Shown piece by piece: positions 6,077 through 13,273 of a stretch of DNA of 64,000 nt. Each line of letters opens with the position of its first letter. Position 1 is the stretch's first letter. The stretch is from IMG/VR virus record IMGVR_UViG_3300003310_000099, positions 42,295-106,294 of that record; one strand, 5' to 3'. Source of the stretch: a virus. Taxonomy: Duplodnaviria > Heunggongvirae > Uroviricota > Caudoviricetes. Made by a program: the position numbers and the translations under genes. The notes beneath the pieces are model-generated. The model saw only the letters and a program-made list of their open reading frames with translations, ran no database searches and was not told where the DNA came from.

Positions 6077-6382
6077 TTGGAGGTTTCAATGACTCAGGAA
6101 GAAATTTTAGATCGTATTGTAGAAATTATTGAAACCTATCCTACTCCACTTCCAGAAGAAGTGAAAAAGGAATGGAGTGATTTGAATGATGCGATGCGAG
6201 AACTGCATGAACCGTCTTATGGTATTGGGTTCTGGCATAAAGGTTACGAAATTGAATTATATGGTCACAAAATTTTGTACTGTAAGAAGTCAGTAGAAGA
6301 ATACAAAGATATGCTTAGAATGTTTGGTGGTGAAATGACTATCGAGCAGTATAATGACAAGTGGAGTGGAAAGGCATGTTAA
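6077..6382 (+). CDS. hypothetical protein (101 aa)
   Basis: ATG 2 nt after the tRNA. Acidic N-terminus. Confidence 0.45.
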   Translation: MEVSMTQEEILDRIVEIIETYPTPLPEEVKKEWSDLNDAMRELHEPSYGIGFWHKGYEIELYGHKILYCKKSVEEYKDMLRMFGGEMTIEQYNDKWSGKAC

Positions 6383-6520
6383 ATGAATTTGAGCAGGAGT
6401 TGGTGAAAGAAATCCTTATTGAAGCTCAAATGACGAAAGACACATTTATGCGTTCTTTCGAGCGATTAGAGAAACTGGCCCAACGGTTATTAAAAGAAGT
6501 AGATAAGAAAGAACCGACTA

Positions 6521-6733
6521 ATGATTAACTTTGAAGCCTTTGTGTTGTATTATACTGCTTTTCATGAAGGCGAACTTAATATTAAAGAATTTAAGGAAAT
6601 GTTGCTGGCAGACGTTGGGGAAGAAGGTTTTAAGGAAGCACTCGCTATTTTCAAGCAGAAAAGAGAAGAGAGGCTTGCGGCGGGTGATAAGCGGACGTTA
6701 TATGATGCAACGAAGGTGGAGAAGAAGGATTGA
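6521..6733 (+). CDS. hypothetical protein (70 aa)
   Basis: ORF. Overlapping frame 6531..6803 rejected. Confidence 0.35.
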   Translation: MINFEAFVLYYTAFHEGELNIKEFKEMLLADVGEEGFKEALAIFKQKREERLAAGDKRTLYDATKVEKKD

Positions 6734-6874
6734 ATTGGGCTTGTACGTCAATGGTAAGACTTCGTGCTTTAAGCCGATACATGGAGTCAATAGGCGTAGC
6801 TAACCTATCTTTGTCCATGATGAATGCTAGACATTCTTCAGGCAGGAACTGCACGAAAAGCGGGTTCGATTCCC
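6727..6874 (+). tRNA. tRNA-like gene with ~85-nt insertion in the anticodon region (possible intron-containing tRNA)
   Basis: 5' half gggcttg-ta-gtc-aatggtaa-gac-t-tcgtg-ctttaag…, 3' half …cacga-aaa-gcgggTTCGATTcccgc-ctagccc. Anticodon stem tcgtg/cacga pairs only across the insert. Anticodon would read TTA or TAA depending on register. Confidence 0.35.
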
Positions 6875-6883
6875 GCCTAGCCC

Positions 6884-6956
6884 ACTGGATTATGCCCCTA
6901 TGCTCGTAATTGGTAACGAACGAGTCTCTTAAACTCGGAATCAGGGTTCGACTCCC
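6884..6956 (+). tRNA. tRNA-Lys (CTT), second copy
   Basis: Acceptor gccccta/tgggggc, D-stem tcg/cga, anticodon arm cgagt-ctCTTaa-actcg, T-arm cagggTTCGACTccctg. Confidence 0.6.
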
Positions 6957-7028
6957 TGTGGGGGCACTGTTAGTCACGGAACAGTCGAAAGGCCAGGGCC
7001 GTGCCAGGGTTAAAATCCTGACGAACAC

Positions 7029-7103
7029 ATGTTCGTATTGTGGAGGATTAGATGCTGGCATCTAAACTAGCCTCTGAAGCTAGCTCTCACTGGTTCGATT
7101 CCA
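7029..7103 (+). tRNA. tRNA-Gln (CTG)
   Basis: Acceptor tgtggag/ctccaca perfect, D-stem ttag/ctaa, anticodon arm ctagc-ctCTGaa-gctag, T-arm actggTTCGATTccagt. Confidence 0.65.
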
Positions 7104-7164
7104 GTCTCCACAGCTTATATTGCATAGCTCAAAGTTATATGGTATATTTGAACCTGGAGGTTCT

Positions 7165-7518
7165 ATGCCATATAAAGATGTTGATAAACAAAAAGAGTCA
7201 CAGCAAACTTATTACCAAAAGAATAAGGATTTGTATAAAGCTAGGGATAAAGAAAGAAAAGAAGAAATAAAAACTTGGGTTAGAAATTATCGTATTTCTA
7301 AAGTTTGTGAGGATTGTGGTGAAGACCGATGGCAATGTTTAGATTTCCACCATATAGATTCGAGTAACAAGTTTTTATCTATTAGTATGATGGTGCGAAA
7401 GAAATATTCTGTAGAAAAGATTAAGAATGAAATAATGAAGTGTAAAGTTATTTGTGCTAACTGTCATCGGTGTCATCATAGCGGTAATGTTTGGGAGAGT
7501 GCTAGTCTCGGAGTGTAA
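7165..7518 (+). CDS. HNH homing endonuclease (zinc-finger type)
   Basis: 117 aa from the internal ATG preceded by GGAGG. CEDCGE…LDFHHID…CANCH motifs. Confidence 0.8.
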   Translation: MPYKDVDKQKESQQTYYQKNKDLYKARDKERKEEIKTWVRNYRISKVCEDCGEDRWQCLDFHHIDSSNKFLSISMMVRKKYSVEKIKNEIMKCKVICANCHRCHHSGNVWESASLGV

Positions 7519-7576
7519 TGGCTTCGCACACAACCCTGTCACGGTTGTAGAGCGGGTTCGATTCCCGTCGAGACTG
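7504..7576 (+). tRNA. tRNA-Asp (GTC)
   Basis: Acceptor agtctcg/cgagact perfect, anticodon arm caacc-ctGTCac-ggttg, T-arm gcgggTTCGATTcccgt. Overlaps the last 15 nt of the HNH ORF. Confidence 0.65.
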
Positions 7577-7581
7577 CTTTT

Positions 7582-7654
7582 GGTTCCGTAGTGTAATGGT
7601 GTAGCACGGCACCCTGTCAAGGTGTAAGAGCGAGTTCAATTCTCGTCGGGACCG
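7582..7654 (+). tRNA. tRNA-Asp (GTC), tandem second copy
   Basis: Acceptor ggttccg/cgggacc, anticodon arm gcacc-ctGTCaa-ggtgt, T-arm gcgagTTCAATTctcgt. Confidence 0.6.
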
Positions 7655-7663
7655 CTTAGTTTT

Positions 7664-7735
7664 GGCTCTATGGTGAAATGGATATCATCGGATGCTTCTA
7701 ACATCTGGGTCCAGGTTCGATTCCTGGTGGGGCTG
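7664..7735 (+). tRNA. tRNA-Arg (TCT)
   Basis: Acceptor ggctcta/tggggct (three G-U), anticodon arm ggatg-ctTCTaa-catct, T-arm ccaggTTCGATTcctgg. Confidence 0.55.
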
Positions 7736-7769
7736 CTAACAATACAGATTATTAAGACTATATATCTGT

Positions 7770-8147
7770 ATGCCAATGTATCCTTGCATTTGCACTCCTT
7801 ATGCTCCAGGGACTCCTGTAGATTGCAGTATTCCTGGTGTTGGTGATGCAGGTGGAATATTAGAATTACAATTATTAAATGTCCAAATGGGCATGATGGG
7901 TGTTTACGGAGGTTGCGGCCTTACTTTCTACACTTATTCAATTGCTTATAATGTGACTTTTGGTCCATCAGGGGCTTTTCAAATTCAACAATTTAATAAG
8001 CATTTAGGCGAATGGCAGATGAACATGTTCAGTGGAGTATTGTACCAGACGACTGGTGCATTAAATTCCTATGGTCCTTTTTTACCACTTGACCAGATTC
8101 CAATATTTTGGAATAATGTAGTTCTGCCTCCTACGAATGCGAGGTGA
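7770..8147 (+). CDS. hypothetical protein (125 aa)
   Basis: ORF. Gly-rich. Confidence 0.45.
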   Translation: MPMYPCICTPYAPGTPVDCSIPGVGDAGGILELQLLNVQMGMMGVYGGCGLTFYTYSIAYNVTFGPSGAFQIQQFNKHLGEWQMNMFSGVLYQTTGALNSYGPFLPLDQIPIFWNNVVLPPTNAR

Positions 8148-8150
8148 TTT

Positions 8151-8342
8151 ATGGCAAAAAAGAAGGAAGTAAAGGAAAAATTCAAGTTCGTAAAGATTAG
8201 TGAATTGCATAGTGTTTACGAAGTAGTAGAGATTCCACCTGGCGCAACTCACGTTGAATCAGAGACTGATTACAGTGGCTGTTATTACGAGAGTGATATG
8301 CCAAGTGTGAAGGTCACTTTCTACAGGAAAGAAAAGGTATGA
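8151..8342 (+). CDS. hypothetical protein (63 aa)
   Basis: ORF with AAGGAA-like RBS. Confidence 0.4.
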   Translation: MAKKKEVKEKFKFVKISELHSVYEVVEIPPGATHVESETDYSGCYYESDMPSVKVTFYRKEKV

Positions 8343-8512
8343 AAATTGCTGCTATTGTCGAATTAAACGCTCAAGAACTCAAGTATCTTCTTCACGCTCT
8401 TACTAAACTTGATGCACACTACAATGTAGGGTCCAGGGATTTTAATCGTGAAGAGATGCATGAGAAGCTACAGACGAAGCTTGAAAAAGCAGCTTCGTCT
8501 GGTTTAAAATAG
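8339..8512 (+). CDS. hypothetical protein (58 aa)
   Basis: ATG overlaps the upstream stop. The 3' end contains a 9-bp perfect hairpin gacgaagct…agcttcgtc. Below the track cut-off. Confidence 0.3.
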   Translation: MKIAAIVELNAQELKYLLHALTKLDAHYNVGSRDFNREEMHEKLQTKLEKAASSGLK

Positions 8513-8583
8513 CCCTACTGTTGGTGGGTACAACGGGAAGCCTCCAAAACTTCTGCTTGCGGGTTCGATTCCTGCTAGGGCTG
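8511..8583 (+). tRNA. tRNA-Trp (CCA)
   Basis: Acceptor agcccta/tagggct, D-stem gttg/caac, anticodon arm gaagc-ctCCAaa-acttc (31–39 mismatch), T-arm gcgggTTCGATTcctgc. Confidence 0.55.
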
Positions 8584-8590
8584 CTTTTAT

Positions 8591-8661
8591 AGGTGCGTAG
8601 TGTAATGGTAGCATATCAGTCTCCAAAACTGCTGGTGGGCGTTCGACTCGCTCCGCACCTG
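8591..8661 (+). tRNA. tRNA, anticodon read as CCA (Trp), second copy
   Basis: Acceptor aggtgcg/cgcacct perfect, anticodon loop ctCCAaa with a weak 4-bp stem, T-arm gggcgTTCGACTcgctc. Confidence 0.45.
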
Positions 8662-8670
8662 CTTATTTAT

Positions 8671-8743
8671 TCCTCAATAGCTCAATAGGTAGAGCGCAAA
8701 GCTGTTAACTTTGATGTTCTAGGTTCGAGTCCTAGTTGAGGAG
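8671..8743 (+). tRNA. tRNA-Asn (GTT), second copy
   Basis: Acceptor tcctcaa/ttgagga perfect, anticodon arm caaag-ctGTTaa-ctttg, T-arm ctaggTTCGAGTcctag. Confidence 0.65.
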
Positions 8744-8749
8744 CTTTTT

Positions 8750-8974
8750 ATGCCTGACGACAACATTATTGACATGCGGGATTTTACTCCTGAAGACCAT
8801 GAACGAGTCAAAGAGAACTTGTTGAAAAGTTCTTATCTTTGTCCCAAATGCAAATCTTTACATTTGACAAGTGAGGATGTGGCTGGTAGAGTCTGCTGTT
8901 CATCTCCTGGTAAGTTTTATTGCGAAGGCATCTTATACAAAGTCAAAGATTTGGATGAAATTTATGAAAATTGA
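8750..8974 (+). CDS. hypothetical zinc-ribbon protein (74 aa)
   Basis: CPKC…CC motifs. Confidence 0.4.
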   Translation: MPDDNIIDMRDFTPEDHERVKENLLKSSYLCPKCKSLHLTSEDVAGRVCCSSPGKFYCEGILYKVKDLDEIYEN

Positions 8975-9134
8975 AATAGTTTCTGCGGGTCAAGGCAAAG
9001 GTCATCCAAAAAAAAGATGTTCTTGGTGTGACAAGAAGCTTAAAAAGGATGAAGGTATCGCTACCTGTACTCACACAGAGTACGTCACACTTTGCGAAAA
9101 GTGTTATAGAAAAGCTGGCAATTCAGTTAGGTAA
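8955..9134 (+). CDS. hypothetical Cys-rich protein (~59 aa)
   Basis: Internal ATG of track ORF 8871..9134. CSWC…CEKC motifs. Confidence 0.35.
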   Translation: MKFMKIEIVSAGQGKGHPKKRCSWCDKKLKKDEGIATCTHTEYVTLCEKCYRKAGNSVR

Positions 9135-9336
9135 TTGGCTTTGCACTTCCAGGGAACTCTGGACTTATATTGCCTAAAGGCTGTGGTCGCTTAATCTTAT
9201 ATTGAGCAACTTGGGTGTCTTTAACAGGCATCATACGATTAGGATTGATTGGCACTTGTTTTGGGTTGGGTCCAACAGGTGTGGTCATTTGTTGTGGGCC
9301 AGGGTCTAATCCTTCGAGCCATTGCTTGAAATTCAT
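9127..9336 (-). CDS. hypothetical Pro-rich protein (69 aa)
   Basis: Minus-strand ORF in an otherwise plus-strand region. Low confidence. Confidence 0.3.
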   Translation of the reverse strand: MNFKQWLEGLDPGPQQMTTPVGPNPKQVPINPNRMMPVKDTQVAQYKIKRPQPLGNISPEFPGSAKPIT

Positions 9337-9353
9337 GCATTATATAGGTTTCT

Positions 9354-9596
9354 ATGATTACTATTATTCGTTGTTCTCAATGTAAAAAAGAGCTTTCGAT
9401 TGCTTGTGAAGGGTTTGATGGTAAGTCACTATTCATAAGCCTTGATATTCAAAGGCATTACGACATGTGTAAGGAATGCCACCACATCAAGGATGTAAAA
9501 TATACTCAATGTTTTTGTTCAGTCCAGTGTTTGAAGAATTGGATTGCGAGCGACCTTGACAAATATGTTGAAGATAAAGTAATGTGGGGCCAATAA
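9354..9596 (+). CDS. hypothetical Cys-rich protein (80 aa)
   Basis: CSQCKK…CKECHH zinc-finger-like motifs. Confidence 0.45.
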   Translation: MITIIRCSQCKKELSIACEGFDGKSLFISLDIQRHYDMCKECHHIKDVKYTQCFCSVQCLKNWIASDLDKYVEDKVMWGQ

Positions 9597-9862
9597 TGGA
9601 TGAATTGTACTTTTGTTTACGTTTAACGGAAAATGAGCATTACATTGCTTCATGGGACTTTCAAAAAAAGTGTGAAGAGTTAGGGCTGACTTTCGTTTAT
9701 TACAGGAAGTTGAAGGAAGGTCATGTGCCGCTGTATCGTGAGGTCAAGGTGAAGGGTGATAGGTTGCTAATTAATCAGTTTAAGAAATTCATGAAAGACA
9801 AGTTTTATGATTGGCAGGTTGAGAGGAATCCACACAAGGTTGACAGATTAACGCCACCGTAG
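9584..9862 (+). CDS. hypothetical protein (92 aa)
   Basis: Overlaps the upstream ORF by 13 nt. Confidence 0.45.
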   Translation: MGPIMDELYFCLRLTENEHYIASWDFQKKCEELGLTFVYYRKLKEGHVPLYREVKVKGDRLLINQFKKFMKDKFYDWQVERNPHKVDRLTPP

Positions 9863-9923
9863 TATAATGGTAGTACACAACTCTCGTAAAGTTGGAGTTT
9901 GGGTTCGATTCCCAGCGGTGGCT
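9853..9923 (+). tRNA. tRNA-Thr (CGT)
   Basis: Acceptor gccaccg/cggtggc perfect, anticodon arm caact-ctCGTaa-agttg, T-arm ttgggTTCGATTcccag. Confidence 0.65.
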
Positions 9924-9939
9924 CTCACAGGAGACTTTC

Positions 9940-11223
9940 ATGTTCGACTTCCTTAAGAATAAGACCATTTACCACAATAAGTACAAGACTAATTCAAAAG
10001 CAGTGATTATCTCCTGCTATTTTAATCCTCAGAAGTCACCTTATAGACTCAAGGCATTTAATGTTTGGTATGAGTCTATCAAGCATCTGAATCATCGAAT
10101 TGTTGAATGTGTGATTGGCGAAGCAGAGCCACAGTTGCCAGAGAATGATTATATCCAAAGAATTTATACGCCTAACCTTCTTTGGCATAAAGAATCCTTG
10201 CTAAATAACATCGTTGAAAGCTTACCCGAAGAATACAGGTATGTATTTTGGGTTGATGCGGACGTGCTGTTCACTAATAACAATTGGTTGATTGACAGTG
10301 TGGAAGTATTGCAAACTGCTAACATTGTGCAGCCTTTTGAATATTGCGTCCATATGGAAAAGGATGAATTAACTCCTTCCATTAATGTTGAGGCTCATAA
10401 GGCACAAGTGCAAGACGGAACTTATCTTAAAAACCGTAGGGTTTGGCGAAGTTTCTGTGCCAATTATGGCAAGCTTTCCAAGAAGGATAGTGAAACTTAC
10501 CACCTGCACGGTCATGTTGGGTTTGCTTGGGGTGCAAGGCGTGAAATTTTGGATCGTGTACCTTTGTATGATAAAGCTTTAATTGGTGGTGCGGACCATA
10601 TTATTGCACATGCTGCGGTTGGTGAAGTCAAGCATAAGTGCATTATGAATGCTTTCGCAGACAATATCGAAGAGATTGTCGATTGGTCCAGGGAGTTTTA
10701 CTTGGCGGTGCAAGGTAAAGTGGGTTATGCTCCTGGCGACCTGTACCACATTTGGCATGGTGACATTGACAAGAGAGAGTATTTGAAGCGGATTAAGGAT
10801 TTTACGCCAGAGACGAAAAACATTAACATGAAGGACAAGAATGGTCTTTATGTCACGCATAAGGAAGACCATAAGTATATCAAGAATTACTTCAGGAAGC
10901 GTGAAGTTAGTGAATCTGGAACTTACTATGAGGATGATGGATTCTTGGAGTCGATGGCTCTAGGGTACATGACAGATTCGACTATGATGGGTACATTGCT
11001 TGGCGGAAATCTGCCAGGTGCAATGATTGGTGATATGCTGAATAATGCGGATGAAGTGGATGAAGCACCAGCGGTTACGCCTTACAATGAAGTGCCAGCA
11101 GTGCCGCCTCCACCGCCGATGCCTCCAATACCAGTGCCTATGCCGATTCAAATTCCAGAAACGGTGCAGGAAGCAGAGTTATTGCCGATGCCGCGAGAAG
11201 TAGAACCAGACAACTTCTCATGA
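9940..11223 (+). CDS. putative glycosyltransferase (DxD motif) with Pro-rich C-terminal tail
   Basis: 427 aa from the ATG after AGGAG; the track start lies inside the tRNA. YVFWVDADVLF resembles a GT-A DxD motif. C-terminus PPPPPMPPIPVPMPIQIP. Confidence 0.45.
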   Translation: MFDFLKNKTIYHNKYKTNSKAVIISCYFNPQKSPYRLKAFNVWYESIKHLNHRIVECVIGEAEPQLPENDYIQRIYTPNLLWHKESLLNNIVESLPEEYRYVFWVDADVLFTNNNWLIDSVEVLQTANIVQPFEYCVHMEKDELTPSINVEAHKAQVQDGTYLKNRRVWRSFCANYGKLSKKDSETYHLHGHVGFAWGARREILDRVPLYDKALIGGADHIIAHAAVGEVKHKCIMNAFADNIEEIVDWSREFYLAVQGKVGYAPGDLYHIWHGDIDKREYLKRIKDFTPETKNINMKDKNGLYVTHKEDHKYIKNYFRKREVSESGTYYEDDGFLESMALGYMTDSTMMGTLLGGNLPGAMIGDMLNNADEVDEAPAVTPYNEVPAVPPPPPMPPIPVPMPIQIPETVQEAELLPMPREVEPDNFS

Positions 11224-11247
11224 GATACCTTAGCTGTACCTAGTGGT
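11224..11247 (+). promoter_or_regulatory. conserved motif copy 5 (GATACCTTAGCTGTACCTAGTGG)
   Basis: Immediately after the stop of the glycosyltransferase gene. Followed by hairpin gtgttctgaaacac. Confidence 0.4.
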
Positions 11248-11280
11248 GTGTTCTGAAACACAAAACAAAGGGGGGCTTCA

Positions 11281-11571
11281 ATGCGGTACTCACTGGCTTT
11301 AGTTTGTTTGCTAATTGTTTCGCCTTGCTTTGCTGACAACTTTTTTTCTGTTCTGAAGAAGGACCAGAAAGTTGGGTTGCAAGAAACACCGAATGGCTAT
11401 CACATCAAGGTTTTCAAGAATTTTGGTGAGGACACAGCACCTTACAAGGTGATTGAAATTGGTGATAATTATATTGTGATTGAAGATGCAATCGGCGTGA
11501 ATGAGATTCGGATTCCGATTTACTCTATTAAGTCGATTACAACTGTGAAGTTTCCTCAAAAGGCGAAGTGA
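11281..11571 (+). CDS. secreted protein with N-terminal signal peptide (96 aa)
   Basis: MRYSLALVCLLIVSPCFA hydrophobic N-terminus after an AAGGGGGG RBS. Confidence 0.5.
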   Translation: MRYSLALVCLLIVSPCFADNFFSVLKKDQKVGLQETPNGYHIKVFKNFGEDTAPYKVIEIGDNYIVIEDAIGVNEIRIPIYSIKSITTVKFPQKAK

Positions 11572-11960
11572 TGTGGGACAGCGAAGGAAGGTTAGAGTAT
11601 GGGCCTGGATTGAGGGCTGTAGTTTGGGTTGAGCAAAACATTTCAGATTTATACAGAAAGTTGATTCCTAAGTATTATTACGCTCAACCCCAACTATACC
11701 CAGCACACATCACAGTTGTCAGGTTGAGACTTGAAACTGCTAAAAACATGGAAGTTTGGAACAAATATAATGGAGAGTTGATTCCATTTAGCTATGATAG
11801 TTCAATTCGTTTTGATGGAACTTATTTTTACCTGAATGTCCAGAGCGAGAGAATCGGGGACATTCGTGAAGAGTTAGGATTGCCAAGGTTTCGTTTTGGA
11901 GATTTAGGTGCGGACAAACGGTGTTACCATGTGACAATTGCAAATGTCAAAAATACTTAA
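11568..11960 (+). CDS. 2H phosphoesterase superfamily protein (LigT / Acb1-like fold)
   Basis: 130 aa with two H-Φ-T-Φ motifs (AHITVV, YHVTIA) about 73 residues apart. This is the hallmark of 2'-5' RNA ligase / cyclic phosphodiesterase enzymes. Confidence 0.6.
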   Translation: MMWDSEGRLEYGPGLRAVVWVEQNISDLYRKLIPKYYYAQPQLYPAHITVVRLRLETAKNMEVWNKYNGELIPFSYDSSIRFDGTYFYLNVQSERIGDIREELGLPRFRFGDLGADKRCYHVTIANVKNT

Positions 11961-12126
11961 TTGGGCTTTTTCTTTATTCAAGAAGAAAAGAGAGCTTATA
12001 CATAATGTATATCCTTCATATGAATTGCCCTGTGACTGGTGTTATCGAGTAAGGAGAACAACGATAAACGAAGTGAAGGAACGGATGGTAAGAATTTGTT
12101 CGGAGTGTAAAAATGAGAGACGATAA
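11938..12126 (+). CDS. hypothetical zinc-ribbon protein (62 aa)
   Basis: CDWC…CSEC motifs. Confidence 0.35.
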   Translation: MQMSKILNWAFSLFKKKRELIHNVYPSYELPCDWCYRVRRTTINEVKERMVRICSECKNERR

Positions 12127-12274
12127 AGCGAGTATCGAACAAGCTGATGGCTATTCTGGTGGTAGTTGGCATCGTTTTCTCAAGAAGAGAAAGTTGAGAA
12201 AAGAACGACGCCGTGCTAAAAAGAATCCTGAATGCCAATCAGCTTATCGAAGATATAAAGGTTATGAGTTATAA
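12113..12274 (+). CDS. small basic protein (54 aa)
   Basis: K/R-rich ORF. Below the track cut-off. Low confidence. Confidence 0.25.
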   Translation: MRDDKASIEQADGYSGGSWHRFLKKRKLRKERRRAKKNPECQSAYRRYKGYEL

Positions 12275-12322
12275 ATTCTACGAATTTATGGATTTTTCAT
12301 AGTAGCCCTACTACCATAAGAT

Positions 12323-12808
12323 ATGGTTTTATGTAGCAAGTGCAAAAAAGATAAATCTGCTTCGGAATTTAATTTCAATAGTTCCAAAAATCGGTTGGAA
12401 TATCACTGTAAAGAGTGTCATAGTGAATATTTGAAAGAACATTATAAGAAAAATAAAGATTATTATAAGTCCAAAGCCAGCAAAAGAAATAAGTTGGTTA
12501 AACAAGAAAATAAAGTTAGGATTTTTGAGTATTTGCAAAATCATGCTTGTGTTGATTGTGGAGAAAAAGAGCCTATATTTTTAGATTTTGACCATGTAAG
12601 GGGTAAGAAACGATGTAGTCTTTCTAAGCTTGTTAGGGGAGGCTATGCGTGGGAAATAATTCAACAAGAGATAGACAAGTGCGAAATTCGCTGTGTGAAA
12701 TGCCATAGAGTAAAAACATACAAGCAGTTTGGTTGGTATGGTTGGTGGGAAGATATGGCCCGTGGGTGTGATGGATTAGCACATCACTCTACGAAAGTGA
12801 AAGAATAG
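12323..12808 (+). CDS. HNH homing endonuclease (zinc-finger type)
   Basis: 161 aa. CSKC…CKEC, LDFDHV, CVKCH motifs. Its last ~17 codons are encoded by the tRNA-Arg gene at 12757..12829. Confidence 0.75.
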   Translation: MVLCSKCKKDKSASEFNFNSSKNRLEYHCKECHSEYLKEHYKKNKDYYKSKASKRNKLVKQENKVRIFEYLQNHACVDCGEKEPIFLDFDHVRGKKRCSLSKLVRGGYAWEIIQQEIDKCEIRCVKCHRVKTYKQFGWYGWWEDMARGCDGLAHHSTKVKE

Positions 12809-12829
12809 GTTCAAATCCTATACGGGCTA
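12757..12829 (+). tRNA. tRNA-Arg (ACG)
   Basis: Acceptor ggcccgt/acgggct, anticodon arm tcact-ctACGaa-agtga, T-arm ataggTTCAAATcctat. Overlaps the 3' end of the HNH ORF. Confidence 0.6.
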
Positions 12830-12836
12830 ATATGAA

Positions 12837-12908
12837 GCGCCTATAGCATAATGGCAATGCGCGACGTTGCCAACGTCGAAACTGTGGGTTCGAGTCCCAC
12901 TAGGCGCT
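12837..12908 (+). tRNA. tRNA-Gly (GCC)
   Basis: Acceptor gcgccta/taggcgc perfect, anticodon arm cgacg-ttGCCaa-cgtcg, T-arm gtgggTTCGAGTcccac. Confidence 0.65.
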
Positions 12909-12912
12909 CTTT

Positions 12913-12984
12913 GCGGGTGTAGCATAATGGCGATGCACTTGCTTCCCAAGCAAGATATTGTGGGTTCGAGTCCCATCACCCGCT
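12913..12984 (+). tRNA. tRNA-Gly (CCC)
   Basis: Acceptor gcgggtg/cacccgc perfect, anticodon arm cttgc-ttCCCaa-gcaag, T-arm gtgggTTCGAGTcccat. Confidence 0.65.
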
Positions 12985-13012
12985 TTGTCCTTTTAATATA
13001 GGGAGTATTAAA

Positions 13013-13195
13013 ATGAAGTGTGCAACATGTTGTTCTGTATGTAAGAAGAAGTGTGCCGAGCTTCATGAATGTGATTGTGCAGAATACTCCGATCTTTGCC
13101 CAGAATGTTGGCAGAAAGTTCCAACCCGTCACCGAGAAGAAGTTTGTATAGTGGATTGGTTGGATTACGATAAGGATATGGTTGATTTAAATTAA
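13013..13195 (+). CDS. hypothetical Cys-rich protein (60 aa)
   Basis: 10 Cys in 60 aa (CATCCSVCKKKC…CDC…CPEC). Confidence 0.4.
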   Translation: MKCATCCSVCKKKCAELHECDCAEYSDLCPECWQKVPTRHREEVCIVDWLDYDKDMVDLN

Positions 13196-13200
13196 CCAGT

Positions 13201-13271
13201 GCGGCTATGATGTAGTGGTAGCCTGTCTGCTTGCCATGCAGGACGTGCGGGTTCGATTCCCGCTAGCCGCT
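13201..13271 (+). tRNA. tRNA (anticodon uncertain, possibly GCC)
   Basis: Acceptor gcggcta/tagccgc perfect, T-arm gcgggTTCGATTcccgc. Anticodon arm tctgc-ttGCCat-gcagg; D-arm unclear. Confidence 0.5.
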
Positions 13272-13273
13272 TT

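Noticed and set aside
6651-7061. Track ORF 6651..7061 (−, 136 aa) and 6531..6803 (+)
   Set aside because: They span three tRNA or tRNA-like genes (6727..6874, 6884..6956, 7029..7103), and their translations are low-complexity read-through of RNA genes.
8470-8500. Perfect 9-bp hairpin GACGAAGCT-N9-AGCTTCGTC
   Set aside because: It lies inside the 3' coding end of small ORF 8339..8512 and is not followed by a U-tract. It was not called as a terminator.
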